From: Bdellovibrionota bacterium FG-2
GTDB taxonomy: Bacteria; Bdellovibrionota; UBA1018
Length of the DNA stretch: 14,038 nucleotides
Direction of reading: 5' to 3'
NCBI GenBank assembly: GCA_051382305.1
Contig: JBBCAV010000369.1
Coordinates: 1 to 14,038, forward strand
A program made the position numbers and the translations under genes. Under the pieces are notes generated by a model. It was not told the origin of the DNA, made no database searches, and was given only the letters and a program-made list of their open reading frames with translations. Positions 6,685-14,038 of the stretch are shown in pieces. Numbering within the stretch: the stretch's first letter is position 1; each line of letters starts with the position of its first letter.

Positions 6685-7625
6685 CCCTTTCGGTGCAGGG
6701 CTACGTAGGCCCCTCCAATGAGGCCGGCTTGGTTATTTAAACTTGAAACGACGAGTTGGGGCATAAAGTCGATGCCTTCGCGTCGGCGTTGAAGCAAAGA
6801 TTGAAGATTAATCTGAGTTTTTTCGAGGAATAGATCTGCGGTTTCGGCGAAACTCCCGGTAAAAACTACGATTTCGGGAGCATAGAGGACGACGTAACTT
6901 GCGATCGCCACCGCCATGGCTTGTGCGTACTCTTCAAAAGCTTGAAGGGCAGCGCGATCGCCACGTCTTGCCTGGTCGGCGATTTGCGGAGCCGTGATTT
7001 TGGAGTTACGGTTTTTCTTCTGATAGCGAAGGGCAAAATTTCTTCCCGAAAGATAGGCCTCGGCGCAACCAAAATTGCCGCATCCACACGGGGCACTGAG
7101 GTCTTGATAGTTGAGAATCACGTGTCCCGCCTCGGTATGCATGTTTCTGCCTGCGCGTACGAGCGTTCCATTAGCGATCACGCCCGTTCCAAGTCCTGTT
7201 CCGAGCGTCAAAATCATGGCGTTATCGAAACCACGCGCTGCACCTTTCCAGTGTTCAGCCAAAATGGCGGCTGCAGCGTCATTTTCAAGTCGAACTCGGA
7301 TCCCGAGTTTCTTTTCTAGAAGCTGGGCGAGTGGGACCTCTCCCCACGTCCCTTTCGTGGGGGTTCCGAAGTTGGTGGGATCCAAAAGTACCCCGCGAAC
7401 AGGATCCAACGGTCCGGCAGAGGCGATTCCAGCCACTTTTATCGCGGGAAAACGGCTCATGAAGCCTTTTCCCAGGTTCGCAAGCTGTTGGATGACCGCA
7501 GTTTTGCCTCGGGCCGTTCCGACGGGGAGGCGAACTTCTTCCAAAACCTTGCCGGCGCCGTTGACCGCACCCACGGCGACTTTCGTTCCTCCTAAATCAT
7601 AAGCCAAAACTACTTTCTGAGTCAT
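6681..7625 (-). CDS. ROK family sugar kinase (glucokinase-like)
   Basis: DLGGTK phosphate motif, ENDA.AA..AE...GA, TLGTGLG.G and the Zn motif E.GH...CGCGNFGCAEAY. No N-terminal HTH. C-terminal AGLIGGA. Start is ATG 7625, or alternatively TTG 7628. Confidence 0.93.
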   Translation of the reverse strand: MTQKVVLAYDLGGTKVAVGAVNGAGKVLEEVRLPVGTARGKTAVIQQLANLGKGFMSRFPAIKVAGIASAGPLDPVRGVLLDPTNFGTPTKGTWGEVPLAQLLEKKLGIRVRLENDAAAAILAEHWKGAARGFDNAMILTLGTGLGTGVIANGTLVRAGRNMHTEAGHVILNYQDLSAPCGCGNFGCAEAYLSGRNFALRYQKKNRNSKITAPQIADQARRGDRAALQAFEEYAQAMAVAIASYVVLYAPEIVVFTGSFAETADLFLEKTQINLQSLLQRRREGIDFMPQLVVSSLNNQAGLIGGAYVALHRKG

Positions 7626-7648
7626 CAATCCCCATGTACCATAGGAAT

Positions 7649-10153
7649 ATGGAAAGCAGACAGAATTCCTCTAAGGCAAATGGAAAATCACTTGGGGTTG
7701 AGGGCGCGAGTATTTTGGTTTTTGCGCTCGGCGTTTTTACGTTATGCGCGATGCTGACGTTTCACCCTTCGGACCCTTCTCTTTTTACGAGTACCCACGT
7801 GGCGGTGCAAAATGCGTGTGGTCGCGTCGGGGCGTATCTCGCCGCTGCGCTTCTGCAATGTTTTGGGATGGGATCGTTTCTACTCCCCGCAGCACTTTTT
7901 TTCATTGCCTCTTCGATTCATCGGCGCGAGGGGGGCTTAAGGGTTTTTGGAACATTGGGCGGAATGTCTGTTGCCGTCATGGGCCTCACCGTTTTTCTTG
8001 GCCTTCAATGGAAGTATTGGCCACTCGGTGGCAGTCTTCTATTGACCGGTGGAATTGCGGGAACTTACGTAGCCGAAGGGCTACTTAAACAGTTTAATCC
8101 TCTAGGATCATCAATTGTTTCCCTTCTTGCTTTTTGCTTGGCGTTTGCCTTTGCGACGCCCTTTAGTGTGGCGCGGGCAGGAGCGCGCGTGTTGAAGGCA
8201 ATGGGCATTCTCGGGTTTGCGCTGTCTAAAGGGGCTTTTCGGATTTTGCGTCTTGCAGGTGCTTACGCAATATATTTTATAGGAATTCTCTTCATGCGCA
8301 CCGCGCACGCCTTAGGTGATGGGATTCAGAAGTTGTTTGAAGCGGCCCTGCGCAAAGCTCGTGAGAGGCGTGAGACAGTTTTAACCACTAAAGTTACGCA
8401 GGTTGCGATTCCCTCTGAAGGGGTCATTGAACTGGAAAGTGCTCCTTTACCCCCGCCCGCACTGATGCCCCCCTTGACTACCTCGGAGGCGCCTAATGTT
8501 TTTCCGGAACTTGAAAAATCTCAATCCAGGTCTGTTGGCTCTAGCTCCTCCAAAGAACCGGAGATTTTGGCGCACGATCACACCAAGCGTTCCGCGGATG
8601 TGGTCCCCAAAAGTGCGATCAAGAGCAGACGAGGCGCATGGAAGCTGCCTACGATCGAGTTTTTGTCCAAACCTCCCAAAACCGAGTCCCTTATTGATAA
8701 AGATCGTCTGCTCAAAAATTCAAAAATTTTAGAGCAAAAGTTTGCTGATTTTGGAATAGGCGGTGAGGTTGTTGCGGTACGGCCGGGGCCCGTGATTACG
8801 CTTTATGAGTTTCGCCCAGGGCCGGGCGTCAAAGTTTCTCGAATAGCGGCGTTGGCGGATGATCTCTCCATGGCGCTATCGGCGCAAAGTGTTCGTATTC
8901 TTGCACCGCTGCCGGGTAAGTCAGTAGTGGGGATAGAGATCCCAAGTGATCATCGTGAGACGGTATTTATGCGCGAATTTTTGCAGCAGACTGATTTTCA
9001 AGGTAGTCGTCATCAGATTCCGCTCGTTATGGGAAAAGACATTGGTGGGCAGCCCTTCTTTTCTGATCTCGGGCGCATGCCGCACCTTTTATGTGCCGGT
9101 CAAACGGGTTCCGGAAAATCTGTCTTCATGAACGGTTTGATCTGCTCGCTCTTCTATCGCTTTACGCCGGATGAGCTTCGGATGATTTTAGTGGATCCAA
9201 AATTTATTGAGTTTCGTTCATACCAAGATGTTCCTCATCTTCTGCTCCCCGTGGTGGATGACGCAAAAGAGGCGAGTACGGCACTCAAATGGGCCGTGCG
9301 CGAAATGGATCGGCGTTATCGTATTTTGGCTAAAATCGGGGCAAAAAATCTCGCCGGATTCAATCAGAAAGTTCAGGAACTTGGGGCAGATGCGGTTCAT
9401 GATCTCTTGCTTTCCGAAGAAGAAGACGCGGAGATGCTTCCGATTAAAATGAATTCGTCGGATTGGATGGAGGCCTTTGAGCCTGACGAACAGGGTGTTC
9501 CTCAGGTCGGAAAACTTCCCTATATCGTAATTATTATCGACGAGCTTGCGGATTTGATGATGATCGCAAGAAAAGAAGTTGAAATTTCCATTGCGCGGAT
9601 TGCCCAAAAAGCCCGTGCGGCGGGGATTCATTTGGTGGTCGCGACTCAGCGTCCTTCGACGGATGTGATCACGGGATTGATTAAGGCCAATCTACCGTCC
9701 CGTGTTTCGTTTCAGCTTGCAAGCTATGTGGATTCAAAAACAATTTTGGATCGAGCGGGAGCGGAGAGGCTTTTGGGACAAGGGGATATGCTCTTTATTC
9801 CTCCGGGCGTTTCTCAATCTGTGCGTCTTCATGGGGCCTATTTGACTGATGATGAGATCAACAAAGTGACGGGGTTCCTGAAGTCGCAGGGTAAGCCTAA
9901 TTATCGGAACGAGATTCTGCTTTCGGATGACGAGGACGAAGAATCAGGTGGAGACGCCGAGAATCAAGATGACGAACTTTTTGGTGAAGCCGTCGAGCTG
10001 GTTAAGAATTCGGGCCACGCTTCTGCCAGCTATCTTCAGCGTCATTTTAAGGTGGGCTACAATCGCGCCGCGCGTCTCATCGAAAAAATGGAGAATCGAG
10101 GAATCGTGGGACCCGCTGATGGTGCGCGCCCGCGGGAAGTATTGATGAGGTAG
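7649..10153 (+). CDS. ftsK: DNA translocase FtsK
   Basis: N-terminal TM domain (DPS...N..G.VGA) and a Pro-rich linker. Motor motifs GPVIT.YE..P..GVKVS.I, PHLL.AG.TGSGKS, IIDELADLMM, AQKARAAGIHL..ATQRPS.DVITGLIKAN. Gamma domain LQR...GYNRAARLIE.ME..G.V. Start is ATG 7649 or 7634. Confidence 0.97.
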   Translation: MESRQNSSKANGKSLGVEGASILVFALGVFTLCAMLTFHPSDPSLFTSTHVAVQNACGRVGAYLAAALLQCFGMGSFLLPAALFFIASSIHRREGGLRVFGTLGGMSVAVMGLTVFLGLQWKYWPLGGSLLLTGGIAGTYVAEGLLKQFNPLGSSIVSLLAFCLAFAFATPFSVARAGARVLKAMGILGFALSKGAFRILRLAGAYAIYFIGILFMRTAHALGDGIQKLFEAALRKARERRETVLTTKVTQVAIPSEGVIELESAPLPPPALMPPLTTSEAPNVFPELEKSQSRSVGSSSSKEPEILAHDHTKRSADVVPKSAIKSRRGAWKLPTIEFLSKPPKTESLIDKDRLLKNSKILEQKFADFGIGGEVVAVRPGPVITLYEFRPGPGVKVSRIAALADDLSMALSAQSVRILAPLPGKSVVGIEIPSDHRETVFMREFLQQTDFQGSRHQIPLVMGKDIGGQPFFSDLGRMPHLLCAGQTGSGKSVFMNGLICSLFYRFTPDELRMILVDPKFIEFRSYQDVPHLLLPVVDDAKEASTALKWAVREMDRRYRILAKIGAKNLAGFNQKVQELGADAVHDLLLSEEEDAEMLPIKMNSSDWMEAFEPDEQGVPQVGKLPYIVIIIDELADLMMIARKEVEISIARIAQKARAAGIHLVVATQRPSTDVITGLIKANLPSRVSFQLASYVDSKTILDRAGAERLLGQGDMLFIPPGVSQSVRLHGAYLTDDEINKVTGFLKSQGKPNYRNEILLSDDEDEESGGDAENQDDELFGEAVELVKNSGHASASYLQRHFKVGYNRAARLIEKMENRGIVGPADGARPREVLMR

Positions 10154-10161
10154 GGCGAGAG

Positions 10162-10434
10162 ATGAGAGTATTTCTTTTGGGCCTGATTTTCTTAGCGTCA
10201 AGTGTGAGCAGTGCAGAGGAGCCTATTCAAGGAGAGCCTCAGGGCGTAAGTGCGGAGTCGGCCCCAGCCCCAGAAAGCCCTACGGAGAAGCCTACGAAAA
10301 ATAAAAAGAAAGGCACGAAAACCGGTGACAAAGAAACCGAAGGTACCCAAGCGCGTAACCGCTTCGAAGCGGATACGGTCATCCGAAGCAAGTACCAGCT
10401 TAACGGAGAGCAACTCGAAGTGGATCCGGATTGA
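10162..10434 (+). CDS. Small secreted hypothetical protein (90 aa)
   Basis: Clear Sec signal peptide (MRVFLLGLIFLASSVSSA), a low-complexity E/P/K/T linker and a more structured-looking C-terminus (RFEADTVIRSKYQLNGEQLEVDPD). Starts 8 bp after the ftsK stop, with purine-rich AGGG/GAG upstream. Confidence 0.7.
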   Translation: MRVFLLGLIFLASSVSSAEEPIQGEPQGVSAESAPAPESPTEKPTKNKKKGTKTGDKETEGTQARNRFEADTVIRSKYQLNGEQLEVDPD

Positions 10435-11761
10435 TCGCCCTTTTCCGCTACCGACTTACGTTAAACGCGCTTTAGAAAAACTGGATCGTGCAGGGCATTT
10501 GGCTTACCTGGTGGGCGGAAGTGTGCGCGACTTTTTGCTGGGTCGAGAGCCAAAGGATCATGACATTGCTACAAGCGCTTCGCCCGATGAAATTCAGGCG
10601 TTGTTCTTAGATGCCGTCACTGTGGGTAAGGCGTTTGGGGTGTTGAAGGTTCCGGTTCGCGAACAGAATGTTCCTCCTTTGGAAATTGCAAGTTTTCGGG
10701 AAGATCTCGATTATGAAGATCACCGGCACCCCAAGAAAATAAAACTTTCTGGGCCTGCAGAAGATGCCGCTCGCAGGGATTTTTCAGTAAATGCGTTGTT
10801 CTTTGACCCGAAGTCTTCACGTATCTTGGATACGGTTGGAGGTTATGAGGATCTCAAAATTGGGGTCATCCGTGCTATTGGGAGGCCCGATGAGCGTTTT
10901 CGTGAGGACGCCTTGCGACTGCTACGAGCTATTCGCCTGAGTGTGGCCTTGGGTTTTGGCATTGAAAAAACCACGAGTGATGCATTGAAACAGCGCGCCC
11001 GGTTGATCACCCGAATTAGCTTCGAGCGCGTTCGTGACGAATTGACTCATCTGTTTGTAGGCCCGCATCCGGATCGGGGTTTGCTGGCCTTGCATGAGTT
11101 CGGCTTATTGAACTTTGTGCTGCCCGAGCTTGAGAATTTGAGAAAACTTAAAGCCGAAGGTGATCCCTGGAAACATGCCCTCAGGGTCGTTGCACGCGTT
11201 GCGGAGCAGAATCAGAAGCGCAGTGAAGCCTTGGCTTGGGCTGCGGTGTTGCACGATATCGGTAAGCCCATCGTTTTTAGAAAAACAGGTGGGAGAAATT
11301 TTCAGAGTCATGAACTGGAGAGTGCAGACGCAGTCCGGGAAGTGGGGCTTCGTCTCAAGTTCTCCTCAGAGCAGGTCGATCGTACGGCCGCCATCGTTGG
11401 GGATCATTTGAAATTTCGTGGAGCTTTTCAGATGCGAGAGGCGACGTTACAGCGATTTATCCGCGAGCCGCACTTCGAGGAGTTACTGGCTTTTCATCGG
11501 GCGGATGCCACGGTGTCTGATGGCAATCTGGCCACTTATGAGTTTTGTCATTCGCGGTGGCTTGAGATGAAGGCCAAGGGGAAAAACGCCGATCTCAAGT
11601 TCATGAAGTTGGTGGACGGAAAAGACCTGATCCAAATGGGATTTAGTCCGGGGCCGGAGTTTTCTGGAATTTTGAGAAAAATTGACGACCTGACGCTTGA
11701 GGGAAAGCTCACAAGCAAAGATGAGGCGCTGGAGTATGTGCTAAAGAATTTTGTGGAGTAG
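10430..11761 (+). CDS. cca: CCA tRNA nucleotidyltransferase (class II) with HD domain; start codon uncertain
   Basis: Motifs LVGG.VRD.LLG..P.D.DIAT, ED..RRDF.VNA, the templating RF.ED.LR.LRA.R, IS.ER..EL, and HD motif LHDIGK. In-frame start candidates are GTG 10250, GTG 10325, ATT 10430 and TTG 10499. Confidence 0.88.
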   Translation: MDRPFPLPTYVKRALEKLDRAGHLAYLVGGSVRDFLLGREPKDHDIATSASPDEIQALFLDAVTVGKAFGVLKVPVREQNVPPLEIASFREDLDYEDHRHPKKIKLSGPAEDAARRDFSVNALFFDPKSSRILDTVGGYEDLKIGVIRAIGRPDERFREDALRLLRAIRLSVALGFGIEKTTSDALKQRARLITRISFERVRDELTHLFVGPHPDRGLLALHEFGLLNFVLPELENLRKLKAEGDPWKHALRVVARVAEQNQKRSEALAWAAVLHDIGKPIVFRKTGGRNFQSHELESADAVREVGLRLKFSSEQVDRTAAIVGDHLKFRGAFQMREATLQRFIREPHFEELLAFHRADATVSDGNLATYEFCHSRWLEMKAKGKNADLKFMKLVDGKDLIQMGFSPGPEFSGILRKIDDLTLEGKLTSKDEALEYVLKNFVE

Positions 11762-12046
11762 GCCGAGCGCTTCGGTTTTCATACCCTTACATAGAACTTC
11801 TTTATTTCTCCCGGTGTCTCCCCTTAAAATAATGATCTGAGAACTGGGGATTTTGAGCGTTTTTTTTAAAAACCTCACGACTTCGTCGTTGGCTTCCCCC
11901 TCTACGGGGGGCGCGGCGATTCGAATCTTAAGTCGAGGCGGTTCCCCATGCAATCCAACGACTTCAGTGCGCGAGGCGCGGGGTTGTATATAAAGGAGCA
12001 GTACAATGCCTTCGGGCGTTTCCCGATACCAATTAGGTGTTTGCAT
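11741..12046 (-). CDS. DUF167 / YggU (UPF0235) family protein
   Basis: Motifs IQPRASR.EV.G, LKIRIAAPPVEGEAN..V..FL.K.L and I.RG.T.RNK.V. ATG 12046 overlaps the NFACT gene end by 14 bp. The 3' end overlaps cca by 21 bp. Confidence 0.92.
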   Translation of the reverse strand: MQTPNWYRETPEGIVLLLYIQPRASRTEVVGLHGEPPRLKIRIAAPPVEGEANDEVVRFLKKTLKIPSSQIIILRGDTGRNKEVLCKGMKTEALGLLHKIL

Positions 12047-13529
12047 ATTGCGATAATAAGCGTTGAAGCCTGATGGGGTCGGGCTCAATGACGAGCGTAC
12101 GATTTTGAGTGTAGCTTACCTCATCTGAACCCTTGATCCGTTTGACATGTTTTCGGAAGGTGTAATCAACTTCGGTTTTTCCGGCGTCTTTCCCGCCACT
12201 GTAGTAGACGCAAAGGTGCGCGGCATCTAAGAGGGTTTCAAGCGGGACAGATTTGCCAGAGCGGCAGGGAATGAGCACATGGCTGCCTGGTTTGCCGCGC
12301 AAATGCAGCCAAATGTCGTTACCCTTTGCTAATCTTACGGTGAGTTCCAAGTTTTCGTCTTTGTTTCGCCCCACCCGAATAAGCCAGCTATCGAGGGAGT
12401 TGAAGGCGCGCCCTGGGTGAGTGTCTTCTTCTGGCTTGGTTTTGGTGTCCCCTTGGGAAGTGCCCAGCCCAAGTTCCGATTCGAGGGATTCTAGCGTGCT
12501 CCATTCGCCGGGGGGCAGCTCGAGTTCCGCGAGTTTTTTAAGGCGTTTGAGTTTCTGAGAAAAGTCCTCAATGCGCATTTGTCCTTGCGCGATTCGCGTT
12601 TTCGTTCGTTTTGAGTTTGCAAAGAATCGCGCTGCTTGAGATTTCGCATCAAGTTTGGGATCGCAGGGAATTTCGACGAGCGTCTCCGTTCTGAAATCAT
12701 GCACGCGGCGAATGTCGGGATACTTGCTCTTTGCGCTGGCCCGCTCAAGAAGGGGGGGATCATGCAATACCTGGGTCAGGAGGGCGCCCATTCTATGCCA
12801 ATCGGGCTCGGTCTGAGCTTCTTTGAGAGCCGTTTCTGCTTGCCTAAAACGGGTTTCGCAGTCTTTGATTTGATGCTTGAGGATTTGCGTCGCACGTTGA
12901 ATGCGAAGCTTCAAAACTTCCGCGAGATGCTCTTGTTCTACAAATTTGAAAAACAGTTCAGGGGTGGAAGTCTGTGGACGTAGCGGCAGGTCTTGGGGGG
13001 CAGGTTTACCTTTTGGAATTTCAAAGCTGCCTCGGAGTGATTCGTCTATAGTTCGCGTGCGGGCCATGACATTAGTGAAGTGATCCGCGCGCAGGTTTTC
13101 GGGACGATCCAAGACTAGAAGAGCTTCGGGAGAGGCGGGAATCAGATTAAGAAACAACCCCAGTTCCGTCTGCGGCTGATCGCAACTGAAGGTAAAGATC
13201 ACCATTCGCTCTTGGTCCAGGGCTCTTAAGTCCAAGAGCTTGGAACCTGCCAAGTGCTTGGAGAGGGCTAGATCAAAAGCCGAACGTGACGCGTCTCGGG
13301 CAGGCTTGAAGGTCTTTAGTGGTGCCAGAGCGAAAAAGGCGGTTTGTGGACGCACACTGATGAAGAGTTCACACGAACTTAAGCGCAAAACCCATTCGGA
13401 TTTTATGAAGCCTTGAGGGTGCCTGGGTCGTGCGGGGACAAAGACGCGGTCCACGAATTGGCCGCGGACTTTTGGGAGCGTTGTTAGCGCGAGATGGGCG
13501 ATCTCTTTCCAGTTGAGTGAAGGTTGCAT
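12033..13529 (-). CDS. NFACT family protein (RqcH/Rqc2/FbpA-like ribosome quality-control factor)
   Basis: NFACT-R motifs VGRN...N..LT...A..NDIWLH....PGSHV.I, AA.L..YYS and VDYT..K.V.R. Coiled coils, an I.CDP......A.RFF...KR middle region and a divergent NFACT-N (F...L.KHL.G......ER.V.F.F). Confidence 0.9.
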   Translation of the reverse strand: MQPSLNWKEIAHLALTTLPKVRGQFVDRVFVPARPRHPQGFIKSEWVLRLSSCELFISVRPQTAFFALAPLKTFKPARDASRSAFDLALSKHLAGSKLLDLRALDQERMVIFTFSCDQPQTELGLFLNLIPASPEALLVLDRPENLRADHFTNVMARTRTIDESLRGSFEIPKGKPAPQDLPLRPQTSTPELFFKFVEQEHLAEVLKLRIQRATQILKHQIKDCETRFRQAETALKEAQTEPDWHRMGALLTQVLHDPPLLERASAKSKYPDIRRVHDFRTETLVEIPCDPKLDAKSQAARFFANSKRTKTRIAQGQMRIEDFSQKLKRLKKLAELELPPGEWSTLESLESELGLGTSQGDTKTKPEEDTHPGRAFNSLDSWLIRVGRNKDENLELTVRLAKGNDIWLHLRGKPGSHVLIPCRSGKSVPLETLLDAAHLCVYYSGGKDAGKTEVDYTFRKHVKRIKGSDEVSYTQNRTLVIEPDPIRLQRLLSQYANT

Positions 13530-13675
13530 AGGGTATGGGTATTAAATTGCACTTTGGGTGTGGTGTACGCAAGGGGTTTGTCAGGAAATCATCCCCTCAC
13601 AAGTCAGTGAGGGCTATCTGGCGTTTGTGAGTTTTCAACATTGCTTTTGTGAGTGGCGCATCCGATAACTAAAGC

Positions 13676-13927
13676 ATGAACACAGTGCTTGAATACGGAG
13701 ACTATCGAACCTATCTCAAAGATCGCTTTGAGTCAGAAAAGAAACGACGCAAACACTGGAGCTATGGTGTTTGGGCGAAGGAGCTGGGTCTTCAAAGCTC
13801 TTCGACGTTGATCATGATTCTCAACGGCGATCGAAATCCTGGGCCGAAGCTTATCCAGCAGTTGGCCAGGTATTTGAAGCTTAATAATACTGAGAGCGCA
13901 CATTTTGAGCGTACATTCCGCACTTAG
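13676..13927 (+). CDS. HTH-only protein resembling the N-terminal domain of the TIGR02147 family
   Basis: Pattern V.EY.DYR.YL.D.....K......S...WA..LGL.S.S.L..IL.G.RN......L...LKL...E..HF matches the XRE-like N-terminus of TIGR02147 proteins. It stops after 83 aa. Confidence 0.75.
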   Translation: MNTVLEYGDYRTYLKDRFESEKKRRKHWSYGVWAKELGLQSSSTLIMILNGDRNPGPKLIQQLARYLKLNNTESAHFERTFRT

Positions 13928-13970
13928 AACGCGCAAGTTTTCGATCTGATTGTTCTAGTATTTCAGTTGC

Positions 13971-14038
13971 TTAAGTTTTTGACACCTTAGTCCATGGTGC
14001 TTCTAAAATCGACTTTTTCAACTTTTCATCTAGTTCTT
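13971..14038 (-). CDS. Possible 3' end of a minus-strand gene entering from the right (partial)
   Basis: Open frame ...ELDEKLKKSILEAPWTKVSKT ends in TAA at 13973-13971 with protein-like composition. Too short to identify. Confidence 0.3.
   Translation of the reverse strand, partial: ELDEKLKKSILEAPWTKVSKT

Noticed and set aside
7111-7602. 163-aa antisense ORF opposite the ROK gene, and similar shadow ORFs (e.g. 961-1320, 4040-4396, 4170-4547, 9218-9631, 12636-12983)
   Set aside because: They are antisense or alternate-frame to well-supported genes, with biased composition and no recognisable motifs.
9370-9510. Acidic insertion in the FtsK motor domain as a possible intein
   Set aside because: It is short, lacks intein splice motifs (C/S start, HN end) and sits in a loop known to be variable before LPYIV.IIDE.
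10430-11761. Poly(A) polymerase (pcnB) or CC-only enzyme call
   Set aside because: No LVG(R/K)RF PAP signature. The flexible loop (E..Y.D.RHP), EDxxR and HD domain fit a CCA-type enzyme, although A-adding specificity cannot be excluded by eye.
12047-12088. Longer N-terminus for the DUF167 gene
   Set aside because: It lies inside the NFACT CDS. ATG 12046 gives the typical size of about 100 aa.
1-14038. CRISPR arrays, tRNA/rRNA, IS elements, prophage or defence genes
   Set aside because: No regularly spaced repeats, cloverleaf or rRNA signatures, transposase or integrase motifs were seen, and the intergenic gaps are short.

Overview
Gene-dense bacterial chromosomal window of roughly 50% GC. 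It is most likely from Bdellovibrionota, an inference from a TIGR02147-type HTH gene and a Bdellovibrio major-OMP-like barrel. In order it holds: (i) a minus-strand operon of lipoprotein-mlaE-mlaF-mlaD (MCE lipid ABC transporter); (ii) a divergent, translationally coupled four-gene operon encoding a monoheme c-type cytochrome lipoprotein, a YceI lipid/quinone-binding protein, an outer-membrane beta-barrel with an N-terminal CxxCH (Cyc2-like cytochrome-porin architecture) and an OsmC/YhfA protein; (iii) a second outer-membrane barrel and a ROK sugar kinase on the minus strand; (iv) ftsK, a small secreted protein and a CCA-adding-type nucleotidyltransferase; (v) convergent DUF167 and NFACT/RqcH genes; (vi) a short HTH-only TIGR02147-like gene. 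No rRNA, tRNA, CRISPR array or mobile element was recognised. The best candidate for an undescribed system is the cytochrome/YceI/cytochrome-porin/OsmC operon at 3119-5604, a possible trans-envelope redox module. All family calls come from motif recognition by eye, with no database search.
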